A DNA stretch of 62,031 nt from an uncultured Lachnospiraceae bacterium (lineage in GTDB: Bacteria; Bacillota; Clostridia; Lachnospirales; Lachnospiraceae). The notes under the pieces are model-generated. The model was not told the origin of the DNA and ran no database searches. It worked only from the letters and a program-made list of their open reading frames with translations. The stretch covers positions 1 to 62,031 of the forward strand of contig CANQGA010000001.1 of the NCBI GenBank assembly GCA_947600145.1, written 5' to 3'. Made by a program: the position numbers and the translations under genes. Positions 1 through 9,315 of this stretch are shown in pieces; position 1 is the stretch's first letter, and every line of letters starts with the position of its first letter.

Positions 1-9
1 GCGACGACC

Positions 10-933
10 ATGTTCGCGTTTGTGGGGATGGCAGGCGTGATCTATATCGATCTGGGGACGTTCGCGGCGGCGTTTCTGGCGCTTCTGCTGTTTGTGCGGA
101 TCCCCGCTGTGAATGAGCGCGCGGTGACGGCCGCGGCGGGAGAAAACGGATCTGATGCCATGAACGGTCAGTCTGAAACAGAAGACCATACTGCTGACGG
201 AAACACCTCGAATTCGGGGCCAACTGCAGGCAGCGGGAATGCAGCGGATGAATCCCTGTGGACTTCCGCGAAAGCCGGCCTTCTGTATCTGCGCGGCCAC
301 GGCCTGATCCTGGCGCTGATCCTTTTCATGGCGGGCGTGAACCTGTCCGCGTCCGTATTCGACGCGGTGCTGCCGCCTTACGTGCTGTCCAATCCGCGGG
401 GCGGCGAGACGGTCCTGGGGATCGTCACCTCCTGCGCGGGGATCGCGATGCTTCTCGGAAGTCTCGTGGTGACGGCGCTTCCGGCGCCGAAAAACCGGAT
501 CCGCGTGATCTGGCTGACCATGATATTCTCCCTGGGCGCGGAGACATTTCTGCTGGCCTTTGCGCGCACGCCCGCGCTCTGGTGCGTCGCCCAGGTGATC
601 GGATGGTTCCCGGTTCCGCTTATGGACGCCAATCTGGATGTGATCCTGCGCAGCACGATCCCGCCGCAGATGCAGGGGAGAGTCTATTCCTGCCGGAACA
701 CGCTGCAGTTTTTTACGATCCCTGTCGGCCTCTTCCTGGGGGGATTTTTGGTGGATAAGGTCTGCGAGCCGTTTATGTCGGCCGCGGATCCGCAGGGGCT
801 TTTCGCTGTGCTGTTCGGCACCGGCAAAGGCTCCGGCGCGGCGATGACGATGTTTCTGCTCTGTATCGGCAGCGTCGTTATCTGTCTGATATTCGGACGG
901 ATCCTGGGACGGTATCATTTTACAGAACCGTAA
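10..933 (+). CDS. MFS transporter (DHA3/macrolide-efflux-like), 5'-truncated by the window edge
   Basis: Multiple hydrophobic helices; MFS C-half motif LRSTIPPQMQGRV; frame is open from the window start; polar low-complexity insert in the central loop. Confidence 0.85.
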   Translation: MFAFVGMAGVIYIDLGTFAAAFLALLLFVRIPAVNERAVTAAAGENGSDAMNGQSETEDHTADGNTSNSGPTAGSGNAADESLWTSAKAGLLYLRGHGLILALILFMAGVNLSASVFDAVLPPYVLSNPRGGETVLGIVTSCAGIAMLLGSLVVTALPAPKNRIRVIWLTMIFSLGAETFLLAFARTPALWCVAQVIGWFPVPLMDANLDVILRSTIPPQMQGRVYSCRNTLQFFTIPVGLFLGGFLVDKVCEPFMSAADPQGLFAVLFGTGKGSGAAMTMFLLCIGSVVICLIFGRILGRYHFTEP

Positions 934-943
934 AGCAAATTCC

Positions 944-983
944 GCCTCCGGCGTACCCGCTGTATCAGGGACGCGCCGGAGGC
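944..983 (+). terminator. GC-rich hairpin after the MFS gene
   Basis: GCCTCCGGCG (944-953) / CGCCGGAGGC (974-983) inverted repeat; no clear U-tract. Confidence 0.5.
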
Positions 984-1040
984 AGAACGATATAGAAAAA
1001 GGATTAAGCTTCAGATAACGCAAAAAGGGGGAATTTTGTT

Positions 1041-2855
1041 ATGAACGAAGTGAAACGTCCGCGAAAACCTTTATTGTATTACTACTGCATCGTTATGATG
1101 ATCCTGATGCTCATCAACCTGATCGTCATGCCCTGGGCTGCCAGACGGCAGATCCGGGAGGTGGATTACGGTACCTTCATGACTATGACGGAAGAGAAGA
1201 ACATCGGACGGGTGGAAATCCAGAGCAACCAGATCCTGTTTACGGATAAGGAGGAGACCCAGGTCTTTAAGACCGGGCCCATTTCCGATCCGGATCTGGT
1301 AAACCGCCTGCATGCTTCGGGAGCGGTATTTTCCAGCGAGATCATTGAGGAAATGTCGCCGCTGCTCAGCATTATCCTGTCCTGGGTGCTGCCCATCGCG
1401 ATCTTCTTCATCATCGGCCAGTTTCTGTCGAAGAAGATGATGGACAAGGCCGGCGGCCCCAATTCCATGATGTTCAATATGGGCAAGAGCAACGCCAAAA
1501 TCTATGTAAAATCCTCCGACGGCATTAAATTCTCCGACGTGGAGGGCGTCGACGAGGCGGAGGAAAGCCTTCAGGAGATCGTCGATTACCTGCACAATCC
1601 GGACAAATACAAAGAGATCGGCGCTTCCATGCCCAAGGGGCTTCTCCTTGTAGGCCCTCCCGGTACCGGCAAGACCATGCTGGCCAAGGCGGTAGCCGGC
1701 GAGGCGAACGTGCCGTTCTTCTCCATGTCCGGTTCCGAATTCGTGGAAATGTTCGTCGGCATGGGCGCATCCAAGGTCCGCGACTTATTTAAGCAGGCGA
1801 AGGAGAAAGCTCCCTGCATCGTTTTCATCGATGAGATCGACGCCATCGGCCAGAAGCGCAGCAGCGGCAATGTGGGCGGCAACGACGAGCGTGAGCAGAC
1901 GCTGAACCAGCTGCTTACCGAGATGGACGGCTTCGAGGGCAATAACGGCGTCATCATCCTGGCGGCGACCAACCGTCCGGAGGCGCTGGATCCGGCGCTT
2001 ACCAGACCTGGCCGTTTCGACCGCCGGGTACCTGTGGAACTTCCGGACTTAAAGGGCCGGGAAGCGATCCTGAAGGTACACGCGAAGAAGGTCAGGATCG
2101 CGGACAACGTAGATTTCTTAAAGGTAGCGCGGATGGCTTCCGGCGCGTCGGGCGCGGAGCTTGCCAATATTGTCAATGAGGCTGCGCTGCGCGCTGTCCG
2201 TTCCGGCCGGAAATTCGCCACCCAGTCGGATCTGGAGGAAAGCATTGAGGTCGTGATCGCCGGTTATCAGAAGAAGAACGCCATTCTGACCGATAAGGAG
2301 AAGAGGATCGTGTCCTATCACGAGATCGGACACGCCCTGGTCGCGGCAATGCAGACCAATTCCGCGCCGGTGCAGAAGATCACGATCATTCCCAGAACCT
2401 CCGGCGCTTTGGGCTACACCATGCAGGTGGAGGAAGGCAACCATTATCTGATGAGCAAGGAGGAGATCGAGAACCGGATCGCCACCTTTACAGGCGGCAG
2501 GGCGGCGGAAGAGATCGTGTTCAGCTCCGTGACGACAGGGGCCGCCAACGATATCGAGCAGGCGACCAAGCTGGCCCGCGCCATGATCACGCGGTACGGA
2601 ATGAGCGGAGATTTCGACATGGTCGCGCTGGAGACGGTGAACGGTCAGTATCTGGGCGGTGATACCTCCCTGATCTGCGCCGCCGAGACACAGGCCGAGA
2701 TCGACCGGAAGGTGGTGGAGCTGGTCAAAAAACAGCATGAGAAGGCTGCCCGGATCCTGATGGAGAACCGCGAAAAGCTGGATGAGCTGGCCATGTATCT
2801 CTATGAGCATGAAACGATCACCGGGGATGAATTTATGGCGATTCTGAATGGTTAA
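1041..2855 (+). CDS. ftsH: ATP-dependent zinc metalloprotease FtsH (probably a secondary paralog)
   Basis: Two N-terminal TM helices, Walker A GPPGTGKT, Walker [27 protein letters not shown] zinc motif. Confidence 0.96.
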   Translation: MNEVKRPRKPLLYYYCIVMMILMLINLIVMPWAARRQIREVDYGTFMTMTEEKNIGRVEIQSNQILFTDKEETQVFKTGPISDPDLVNRLHASGAVFSSEIIEEMSPLLSIILSWVLPIAIFFIIGQFLSKKMMDKAGGPNSMMFNMGKSNAKIYVKSSDGIKFSDVEGVDEAEESLQEIVDYLHNPDKYKEIGASMPKGLLLVGPPGTGKTMLAKAVAGEANVPFFSMSGSEFVEMFVGMGASKVRDLFKQAKEKAPCIVFIDEIDAIGQKRSSGNVGGNDEREQTLNQLLTEMDGFEGNNGVIILAATNRPEALDPALTRPGRFDRRVPVELPDLKGREAILKVHAKKVRIADNVDFLKVARMASGASGAELANIVNEAALRAVRSGRKFATQSDLEESIEVVIAGYQKKNAILTDKEKRIVSYHEIGHALVAAMQTNSAPVQKITIIPRTSGALGYTMQVEEGNHYLMSKEEIENRIATFTGGRAAEEIVFSSVTTGAANDIEQATKLARAMITRYGMSGDFDMVALETVNGQYLGGDTSLICAAETQAEIDRKVVELVKKQHEKAARILMENREKLDELAMYLYEHETITGDEFMAILNG

Positions 2856-2915
2856 GGTCCGGTTTGTAAATCCATGGATTTTGGGTAAGAAGAGTTCGGA
2901 CAAATCACGGATATT

Positions 2916-2964
2916 TCATGGCTCACATACCTTGGTTTCAGAAGGTGTGTGAGCCATGATTTTT
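2916..2964 (+). terminator. Rho-independent terminator of ftsH
   Basis: TCATGGCTCACATACCTT / AAGGTGTGTGAGCCATGA stem followed by TTTTT. Confidence 0.75.
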
Positions 2965-3009
2965 CGGCTTTATGGTTCTCATACCGAAATCACAGGAGGT
3001 GTGCGAACT

Positions 3010-3900
3010 TTGTTAAGCGATAGTGATTATATCCCCGGGTGGGAAGAAAAATTTACATTCCCGCCGCAGCACCAGAACCGTCAGCCCGGTCTTGAATACG
3101 TCATGGATCCGCGGCCCATATCCGAGCGGCCGGCCGCGGGACATAAGCTAGCGGGAAAAGCGGCCCTCATCACCGGCGGAGACAGCGGCATCGGCCGGGC
3201 TGTGGCCTATGATTTCGTGAAGGAAGGCGCGTCGGTCGCGCTGGTCTATTACGACGAGGAAACGGACGCGCAGGAGACGAAGGCGCGGATCGAAGAGCTT
3301 GGCGGGAAATGCCTGCTGCTTCGCGGGGATCTGCGCAGCCGTGATTTTGTCCAAAGCTGCGTCGACCGGACTATGGAGGAATTCGGCCGTCTCGACGTGC
3401 TTGTGAACAACCACGCGGTCCAGTTCCTCCAGCGCAGCATCCTGGACATCTCGCCGGAACAGCTGAACTTCGTGTTCCAGAACAACGTGATCTCATTTTT
3501 CTATCTGATTCAGGCGGCGCTGCCGCATATGAAGAAAGGTGCGTCCATCATCAACACCTCGTCCGTCACCGCCTATCAGGGGAATAAAGATCTGATCGAT
3601 TACAGCGCCACTAAGGGCGCGATCGTTGCGCTCACAAGGTCGCTGGCCCTGTCCCTGGCCGATCAGGGCATCCGGGTCAACGGAGTCGCCCCAGGACCGA
3701 TCTGGACGCCGTTAATACCTGCTTCTTTCTCTGCAGAAGAGGTGACTACTTTCGGCCGCAAGACCTCCGAGGTGCCGATGAAGCGGGCTGGTCAGCCCTG
3801 CGAGGTATCGCCGAGCTACGTCTTTCTGGCCTCGGACGACGCCTCTTACATGACCGGCCAGGTGCTGCATCCGAACGGCGGGACCATCGTCGGAGCGTAA
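3010..3900 (+). CDS. SDR family oxidoreductase (YdaD/YhxC/YghA-like stress protein)
   Basis: TGGDSGIG cofactor motif, YSATK catalytic motif, PPQHQxxQPG N-terminus; start set at TTG 3010 behind AGGAGGTG. Confidence 0.9.
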   Translation: MLSDSDYIPGWEEKFTFPPQHQNRQPGLEYVMDPRPISERPAAGHKLAGKAALITGGDSGIGRAVAYDFVKEGASVALVYYDEETDAQETKARIEELGGKCLLLRGDLRSRDFVQSCVDRTMEEFGRLDVLVNNHAVQFLQRSILDISPEQLNFVFQNNVISFFYLIQAALPHMKKGASIINTSSVTAYQGNKDLIDYSATKGAIVALTRSLALSLADQGIRVNGVAPGPIWTPLIPASFSAEEVTTFGRKTSEVPMKRAGQPCEVSPSYVFLASDDASYMTGQVLHPNGGTIVGA

Positions 3901-4030
3901 ATTTTGATTTTCCCATAAAATTGCCTTTTCGGGACGTAACGTATATATCCGGACAAGAAACAGGAGATAAAATCTAAGACCGGAGATCCAGTCAGAGAAG
4001 CTTCAGGCTTTGCAAGAGGAGGAGAACAAC

Positions 4031-5365
4031 ATGAAAAACATCATCAGAAATAATAACAGAGATATGATTCGCCGCGCCGCAGCCGCCCTACTGGCCGCGG
4101 CTCTGGCGTGTACAAGCCTGGCTGCCTGCGCAAATAATAATGCGCCGCTTTCCCGGGACGGTAAAGTAAAACAGCTTGCAGAGGCTGTCTGCCCCGCAAA
4201 AGAATACAAAAATGAAGACGAGAAATGGGAAGCCGAGCTTCAGGAACGTCACGATATCGACGCGGATCTCTGCGAGAAGCTCGCGTATTTCGCCTATGAT
4301 ACCGCAAGCCCGCTTCTGAGGGAAGAAGTCGGAAACACGGTCTATTCGCCGCTTTCCCTCTACTACGCGCTGTCTCTGGCCGCGGCGGGGGCAGAAGGAG
4401 AGACGCAGGCGCAGATCCTCTCGCTTCTTCGGATGAACGATGCAGGCGAACTGTCTGACCGGGCCGGAAAGCAGTTTAAGGTCTTCTACCGCGATGAGGA
4501 CAGCTACAAATTTCAGATGGCCAATTCCGTCTGGTTCGACAGGAGTCTGTCGATTAAGGACGCGTACCTGCGGACCGCCGCCGATGATCTTTACGCGGAT
4601 ATCTTCTGCGGAGAGATGAACACGGAGAACATGAAAGACGCTATGGAAGAGTGGGTCCGGGACCACACCGGCGGACTGATCCGGCCGTCTGTTGAAACGA
4701 ATGACATCCTGATGCACATGATGAACACGGTCTATTATTACGCGGAATGGATCGATCAGTTCCCGAAAGAGGCTGTGAAAGAGGATGGGTTCCATCTGAC
4801 GGACGGCAGCCTTGTGAAATGTGATTTCATGAACCGGGTAAGCAGCGGGACATTTTTCCGCAGGGAGGGCTGTCTGATGGCCAGTCTGGGTACCAAAAGC
4901 GGCCAGGTCCAGTTCGTGCTGCCGGACGAAGGCGTGGATGTCCGCGAACTTTTGGAGTCGCCGGAGAAGCTCCGCCGGGTTTTGGAGACCGACGACACCA
5001 CCGGCCTTTACGGGGAGATCACCTGGAAAGTGCCGAAATTCTCCTACGGAAGCAAATTTGAGCTGAACCAGATGCTTGCGGACCTGGGCATGGAGAAGGC
5101 GTTTGGTCCCGACGCGGAATTCACGGCGATGACGGACGACCCGGTCTGGATCGATTCCGCCGTTCAGATGGCCCACATCGGCATCAACGAAGACGGCGTC
5201 GAGGCGGCCGCCTATACGGATCTTGGGTACGCGGGAGCCGGAATGCCCCAGGACAAAGCGGAAATGATCCTTGACCGGCCGTTCCTGTTCGTGATCCGGG
5301 ACCAATACTGCGGGTACGCGCCCATTTTCATCGGCGTCTGCGAAAATCCGTCGGAAGGAGATTGA
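4031..5365 (+). CDS. Serpin-family lipoprotein (serine protease inhibitor)
   Basis: Signal peptide with lipobox SLAAC; serpin motifs NTVYSPLS, MANSVW, NTVYYYAEW, hinge INEDGVEAAA, C-terminal DRPFLFVIRD; RBS GAGGAGGAG before ATG 4031. Confidence 0.9.
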   Translation: MKNIIRNNNRDMIRRAAAALLAAALACTSLAACANNNAPLSRDGKVKQLAEAVCPAKEYKNEDEKWEAELQERHDIDADLCEKLAYFAYDTASPLLREEVGNTVYSPLSLYYALSLAAAGAEGETQAQILSLLRMNDAGELSDRAGKQFKVFYRDEDSYKFQMANSVWFDRSLSIKDAYLRTAADDLYADIFCGEMNTENMKDAMEEWVRDHTGGLIRPSVETNDILMHMMNTVYYYAEWIDQFPKEAVKEDGFHLTDGSLVKCDFMNRVSSGTFFRREGCLMASLGTKSGQVQFVLPDEGVDVRELLESPEKLRRVLETDDTTGLYGEITWKVPKFSYGSKFELNQMLADLGMEKAFGPDAEFTAMTDDPVWIDSAVQMAHIGINEDGVEAAAYTDLGYAGAGMPQDKAEMILDRPFLFVIRDQYCGYAPIFIGVCENPSEGD

Positions 5366-5406
5366 TTTTTGTTCAATATTTTTGGCACGGAATGCGCCGC
5401 AAAAAA

Positions 5407-5435
5407 TTGACAAAGATTTAAAATATCGTTAGAAT
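5407..5435 (+). promoter_or_regulatory. Sigma-A promoter upstream of hisA
   Basis: TTGACA-17bp-TAGAAT. Confidence 0.7.
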
Positions 5436-5437
5436 AG

Positions 5438-5476
5438 AGAGTAGCCGCTTTGTGATCATGGCAGGCTGCTCTTTTT
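5438..5476 (+). terminator. Terminator-like hairpin (serpin terminator or hisA leader attenuator)
   Basis: AGAGTAGCC / GGCTGCTCT stem followed by a T-run. Confidence 0.55.
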
Positions 5477-5556
5477 GTACGGAAATTCAGACTTACACGC
5501 TGTGCGGATGACGCAGCTGTAACATGCAAATAAGCAGGCAGGGAGTGAGGCGACAT

Positions 5557-6279
5557 ATGCAGCTTTATCCGGCAATCGATATAAAGGGAGGCCAGTGCGT
5601 CCGGCTGACCCAGGGACTTTTTGATCAGGCGAAGATCTATTCGGATTCACCGTCCGATACAGCCAGACTGTGGGTCCAAAAAGGCGCCAGCTATCTTCAT
5701 CTGGTGGATCTGGACGGCGCCCTGGCGGGACGTTCCGTCAATGAGCCCGTGATCCGCAGGATCGTGGAGGCGGTCAATGTGCCTGTTCAGCTGGGCGGCG
5801 GGATCCGAAGCCGCGGAACGGTCCGCGATCTTTTGTTTATGGGCGTCAGCCGCGTCATCATCGGCACGAAGGCGGTGGAGAGGCCCGAATTCATCCGCGA
5901 GCTGATCGAAGAATTCGGGGCGGACCGCATTGTCGTCGGCGTGGACGCGAAGGACGGGCTTGTGGCGGTGGAGGGCTGGGAGAGGGTGAGTTCCCTGACG
6001 GCCGTCGAGCTCTGTCTGCAGATGAAACAGTACGGGGTGCGGCATATCGTCTATACGGATATCTTAAGGGACGGGATGCTTTCGGGACCGAATGTAGCCG
6101 CCACGAAGAAGCTTACGGAAGAGACCGGACTGGACGTGATCGCGTCCGGCGGCGTGTCCTGCATGGAAGATCTGGAAGAACTGTACCAAAGCGGTATCCG
6201 GGGAGCGATCATCGGGAAAGCTTTATATGAGAGGCGCCTGGATCTTTCCGAGGCGGTGCGCAGATACGAAAGCGAATGA
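5557..6279 (+). CDS. hisA: ProFAR isomerase HisA
   Basis: MQLYPAIDIKGGQCVRL, HLVDLDGA, QLGGGIR, YTDILRDG, IASGGV. Confidence 0.96.
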   Translation: MQLYPAIDIKGGQCVRLTQGLFDQAKIYSDSPSDTARLWVQKGASYLHLVDLDGALAGRSVNEPVIRRIVEAVNVPVQLGGGIRSRGTVRDLLFMGVSRVIIGTKAVERPEFIRELIEEFGADRIVVGVDAKDGLVAVEGWERVSSLTAVELCLQMKQYGVRHIVYTDILRDGMLSGPNVAATKKLTEETGLDVIASGGVSCMEDLEELYQSGIRGAIIGKALYERRLDLSEAVRRYESE

Positions 6280-6303
6280 ACTCTGACAGGAGAATATACG
6301 ATT

Positions 6304-7596
6304 ATGGACAGGAAAAAACTGATTCCTTCTTTTGGGTACAAAAACGGCAGGGCGATCATCATGGATGAAGGGCGCGAGTATTACAGCGACGATATCCTTA
6401 CCCTGGCCCGCTATTACAGCGACAACGGCGCGGACGGCCTGCTGATCTGCGATCTGTCGGAGGACGACGCGGATCATGAGCGGACTATCGACATGATCCG
6501 CCGGGTGACAAGGGAGATTGATATCCCCGTTATCGCCGGCGGCCGCGTGAACCGTCTCGAGGACGTGAAGAAATACCTCTACGCCGGAGCCGAAGCCACA
6601 TTTCTCAATGTATCCGTTCCGGAAAATGTGGATCTGATCAAGGAGGCGTCCAGCCGCTTCGGAAGCGAGAAGATTTACGCCTATATGCCGGGGATCCATT
6701 ACCTGCGGAACCACATTGAGGAGTACGCCCAGCTGGGAGCGTCCGCGGCGATCCTGGATGTGATGATGGACGATTCTGAGATCGCGGCCATGCCGGCCAG
6801 TCCGATCCCGATCCTTGCCGTCTGCGACGAGGATATCGCCGGAACGATCGCCGCTTATCTGAAGATTCCTTCCGTCGCGGGCGTGGTCCTGACGGTCCCG
6901 GAAAAGCTGGAAGGCAACTGCATGCGCTGGAAGCAGGAACTGAAGAAGCGCGGGATCCCCATGGAGACCTTCGAAAGCAGCGTGGCCTGGGAAGATTTCA
7001 AGCTGAACAGCGACGGACTGGTGCCGGTGATCGTCCAGGATTTCGAGACGTCTCAGGTGCTGATGCTGGCGTATATGAACGAGGAGGCCTTTCAGCACAC
7101 GCTGAATTCCGGGAAAATGACTTATTTCAGCCGCAGCCGCCAGAGCTTATGGATCAAAGGAGAGACCTCCGGCCATTTCCAGTATGTGAAATCTCTGACG
7201 CTGGATTGCGATAACGATACGATTCTGGCCAGGGTTAAGCAAATCGGGGCAGCGTGTCATACGGGAGCACGCAGCTGCTTTTTCCAGCCGCTGATTGAAA
7301 AAGAATACAGAGATGTCAATCCGCTCAAGGTGTTTGAGAATGTATTTCAGGTGATTCTGGATCGGAAAGAGCATCCTAAAGAAGGTTCTTATACCAATTA
7401 TCTTTTTGATAAGGGGCTTGATAAGATCCTCAAGAAGTTGGGCGAGGAGGCGTCGGAGATCATTATCGCCGCCAAGAATCCGAACCCGGAGGAGATCAAG
7501 TATGAGATATCGGATTTTCTTTATCATATGATGGTGCTGATGGCGGAAAAAGGCGTTACTTGGGAGGATATTACCGGGGAACTTGCCAATCGCTGA
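6304..7596 (+). CDS. hisIE: Bifunctional HisIE with an N-terminal degenerate HisF/HisA-like barrel domain
   Basis: HisI motifs [27 protein letters not shown]; HisE motif KKLGEEASE...EISDFLYH; first ~220 aa resemble HisF ([18 protein letters not shown]). Confidence 0.92.
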   Translation: MDRKKLIPSFGYKNGRAIIMDEGREYYSDDILTLARYYSDNGADGLLICDLSEDDADHERTIDMIRRVTREIDIPVIAGGRVNRLEDVKKYLYAGAEATFLNVSVPENVDLIKEASSRFGSEKIYAYMPGIHYLRNHIEEYAQLGASAAILDVMMDDSEIAAMPASPIPILAVCDEDIAGTIAAYLKIPSVAGVVLTVPEKLEGNCMRWKQELKKRGIPMETFESSVAWEDFKLNSDGLVPVIVQDFETSQVLMLAYMNEEAFQHTLNSGKMTYFSRSRQSLWIKGETSGHFQYVKSLTLDCDNDTILARVKQIGAACHTGARSCFFQPLIEKEYRDVNPLKVFENVFQVILDRKEHPKEGSYTNYLFDKGLDKILKKLGEEASEIIIAAKNPNPEEIKYEISDFLYHMMVLMAEKGVTWEDITGELANR

Positions 7597-7624
7597 TCTG
7601 CCGAACACTGAAATCAACCGCCAA

Positions 7625-7647
7625 TCTGCCGCTTCCCAAGCGGCAGA
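7625..7647 (+). terminator. Hairpin after the his genes
   Basis: TCTGCCGCTT-CCC-AAGCGGCAGA perfect 10-bp stem. Confidence 0.55.
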
Positions 7648-7675
7648 AGTTCATTTATCAAAGGAGAGATACTAC

Positions 7676-8914
7676 ATGGAATCAACTGTTCTTCAGCGCT
7701 TTATGCGCTATATTGCCATCGATACCCAGTCTCAGCCGGAGCAGGAGGCAATTCCCAGCACCCGGAAACAGTTTCATCTTGCCGGGCTTTTGGCGGAGGA
7801 ATTGAAAGAGATGGGCGCTTCCTCCGTGCGGGTAAGCGAGAATGCTTATGTTTACGGAAAGATCCCGGCGACCAGCCCACGGAAGGTGCCGTCCCTTGGA
7901 TTTATCGCCCATATGGATACATCGCCGGATTTTTCAGGGGAAAATGTAAAGCCGCGGATCGTAAGGAATTATGACGGAAAAGACATTCTCCTGAACAGGG
8001 AAACCGGGGTGACCATGCGGACGGACGATTTTCCCTGCCTGAAGGATTATATCGGAAAGGATCTGATCATAACTGACGGAACCACCCTTTTAGGTGCCGA
8101 CGATAAGGCCGGTATTGCGGAGATCATGGCCCTTGCCGATTATCTCCTGTCACATCCTGAGATTCCACACGGACCCATAAAAATTGGATTTACGCCGGAT
8201 GAAGAGGTTGGCAGAGGTCCTGATCTGTTCGATATCCCCGGTTTCGGGGCCGACGTGGCCTATACCGTGGATGGAGGGGCGTTGGGAGAGATCGAGTACG
8301 AGAATTTTAACGCGGCGGCGGCAAAGGTTGCCATTCATGGCATCAGCATTCATCCGGGCGCCGCGAAGAACCGGATGAAAAACGCAATCCTCATGGGCAT
8401 GGAGTTTCAGAGTATGCTGCCGCCCTTTGAAAATCCCATGTATACGGAGGGCTACGAGGGATTCTTTCATCTGAACGATTTTTCCGGCAATGTGGAGAAC
8501 GCCAGTCTGAACTATATTATCCGCGACCACAGTATGGAGAAGTTTCAGGAAAAGAAGGATTATATCCGACGGGTCGCCGATTACATGAATCAAAAATACG
8601 GAGAGGGTACGGTGGAACTGGTTCTGAAGGACAGCTACTATAATATGAGAGAGAAGCTGACTTCCCATATGTATCTGATCGATATCGCGAAAGAGGCCAT
8701 GAAAGAGCTGGATGTGACGCCTCTTGACGTGCCGATCCGGGGCGGAACCGACGGAGCCCGTCTCTCCTATGAAGGGCTTCCCTGTCCCAACTTGTGTACC
8801 GGCGGGCACAATGCCCATGGGAAATATGAGTTTACCTGCATTCAGTCCATGGAGAAGATCGTGGAGATCCTGCTGAAGATCGTGGAAAAATTTGAGACAA
8901 GAAAATTTATATGA
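7676..8914 (+). CDS. pepT: Peptidase T (M20B tripeptidase)
   Basis: [40 protein letters not shown]; RBS AAGGAG before ATG 7676. Confidence 0.96.
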   Translation: MESTVLQRFMRYIAIDTQSQPEQEAIPSTRKQFHLAGLLAEELKEMGASSVRVSENAYVYGKIPATSPRKVPSLGFIAHMDTSPDFSGENVKPRIVRNYDGKDILLNRETGVTMRTDDFPCLKDYIGKDLIITDGTTLLGADDKAGIAEIMALADYLLSHPEIPHGPIKIGFTPDEEVGRGPDLFDIPGFGADVAYTVDGGALGEIEYENFNAAAAKVAIHGISIHPGAAKNRMKNAILMGMEFQSMLPPFENPMYTEGYEGFFHLNDFSGNVENASLNYIIRDHSMEKFQEKKDYIRRVADYMNQKYGEGTVELVLKDSYYNMREKLTSHMYLIDIAKEAMKELDVTPLDVPIRGGTDGARLSYEGLPCPNLCTGGHNAHGKYEFTCIQSMEKIVEILLKIVEKFETRKFI

Positions 8915-8943
8915 GAAATAACAAAAAGATTTAAAAAAAATAA

Positions 8944-8990
8944 AAAACCTTAAAACCTTTTGCGAAAACCCTGTACCTATATAAGTGTAA
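8944..8990 (+). promoter_or_regulatory. Candidate ECF-type (auto)promoter upstream of the small ORF and ECF gene
   Basis: Repeated AAAACC elements (AAAACCTTAAAACCTTTTGCGAAAACCC) followed by GTACCTATATA; resembles ECF AAC -35 / GT -10 layout. Confidence 0.35.
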
Positions 8991-9028
8991 GGCGCAAATA
9001 TAAGCGCTTACGAAAGGAGGGAGCAGGG

Positions 9029-9238
9029 ATGACAGTCATCAGGATGCCAGATCGGCAAAGAAGCCATTCTATGCGGCACAAAAGAGGCCGTTGGACGAAA
9101 ACAGCAGCGGACACAGCTGGGACGCCGAAAAAGAGTGGGATGCAGGAACTCCAACCGGGCGGCGACACACAGCGGAATACCGTTGACTGGGAGCGGGTGT
9201 ACCGAAAGGTAGTGTCAGAAATCAGAAAGGAGACGTAA
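9029..9238 (+). CDS. Small basic hypothetical protein (69 aa)
   Basis: Strong RBS AAGGAGGG before ATG 9029; co-oriented, 77 bp upstream of the ECF gene. Confidence 0.5.
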   Translation: MTVIRMPDRQRSHSMRHKRGRWTKTAADTAGTPKKSGMQELQPGGDTQRNTVDWERVYRKVVSEIRKET

Positions 9239-9315
9239 GTCCCGCTGGCGCTTATTGAGAACAAAGGTACGTTGCCGGGGCGCAGGCTGAAAGATTTCAC
9301 TTAAGGAGAACAGGA

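Noticed and set aside
4088-5413. 441-aa - strand ORF (and similar shadows at 26330-27460, 47061-48200, 24334-25305)
   Set aside because: Lie opposite confidently identified genes and lack motifs or RBS
5436-5556. T-box or His leader peptide before hisA
   Set aside because: Leader is too short; no T-box consensus or His codon run seen
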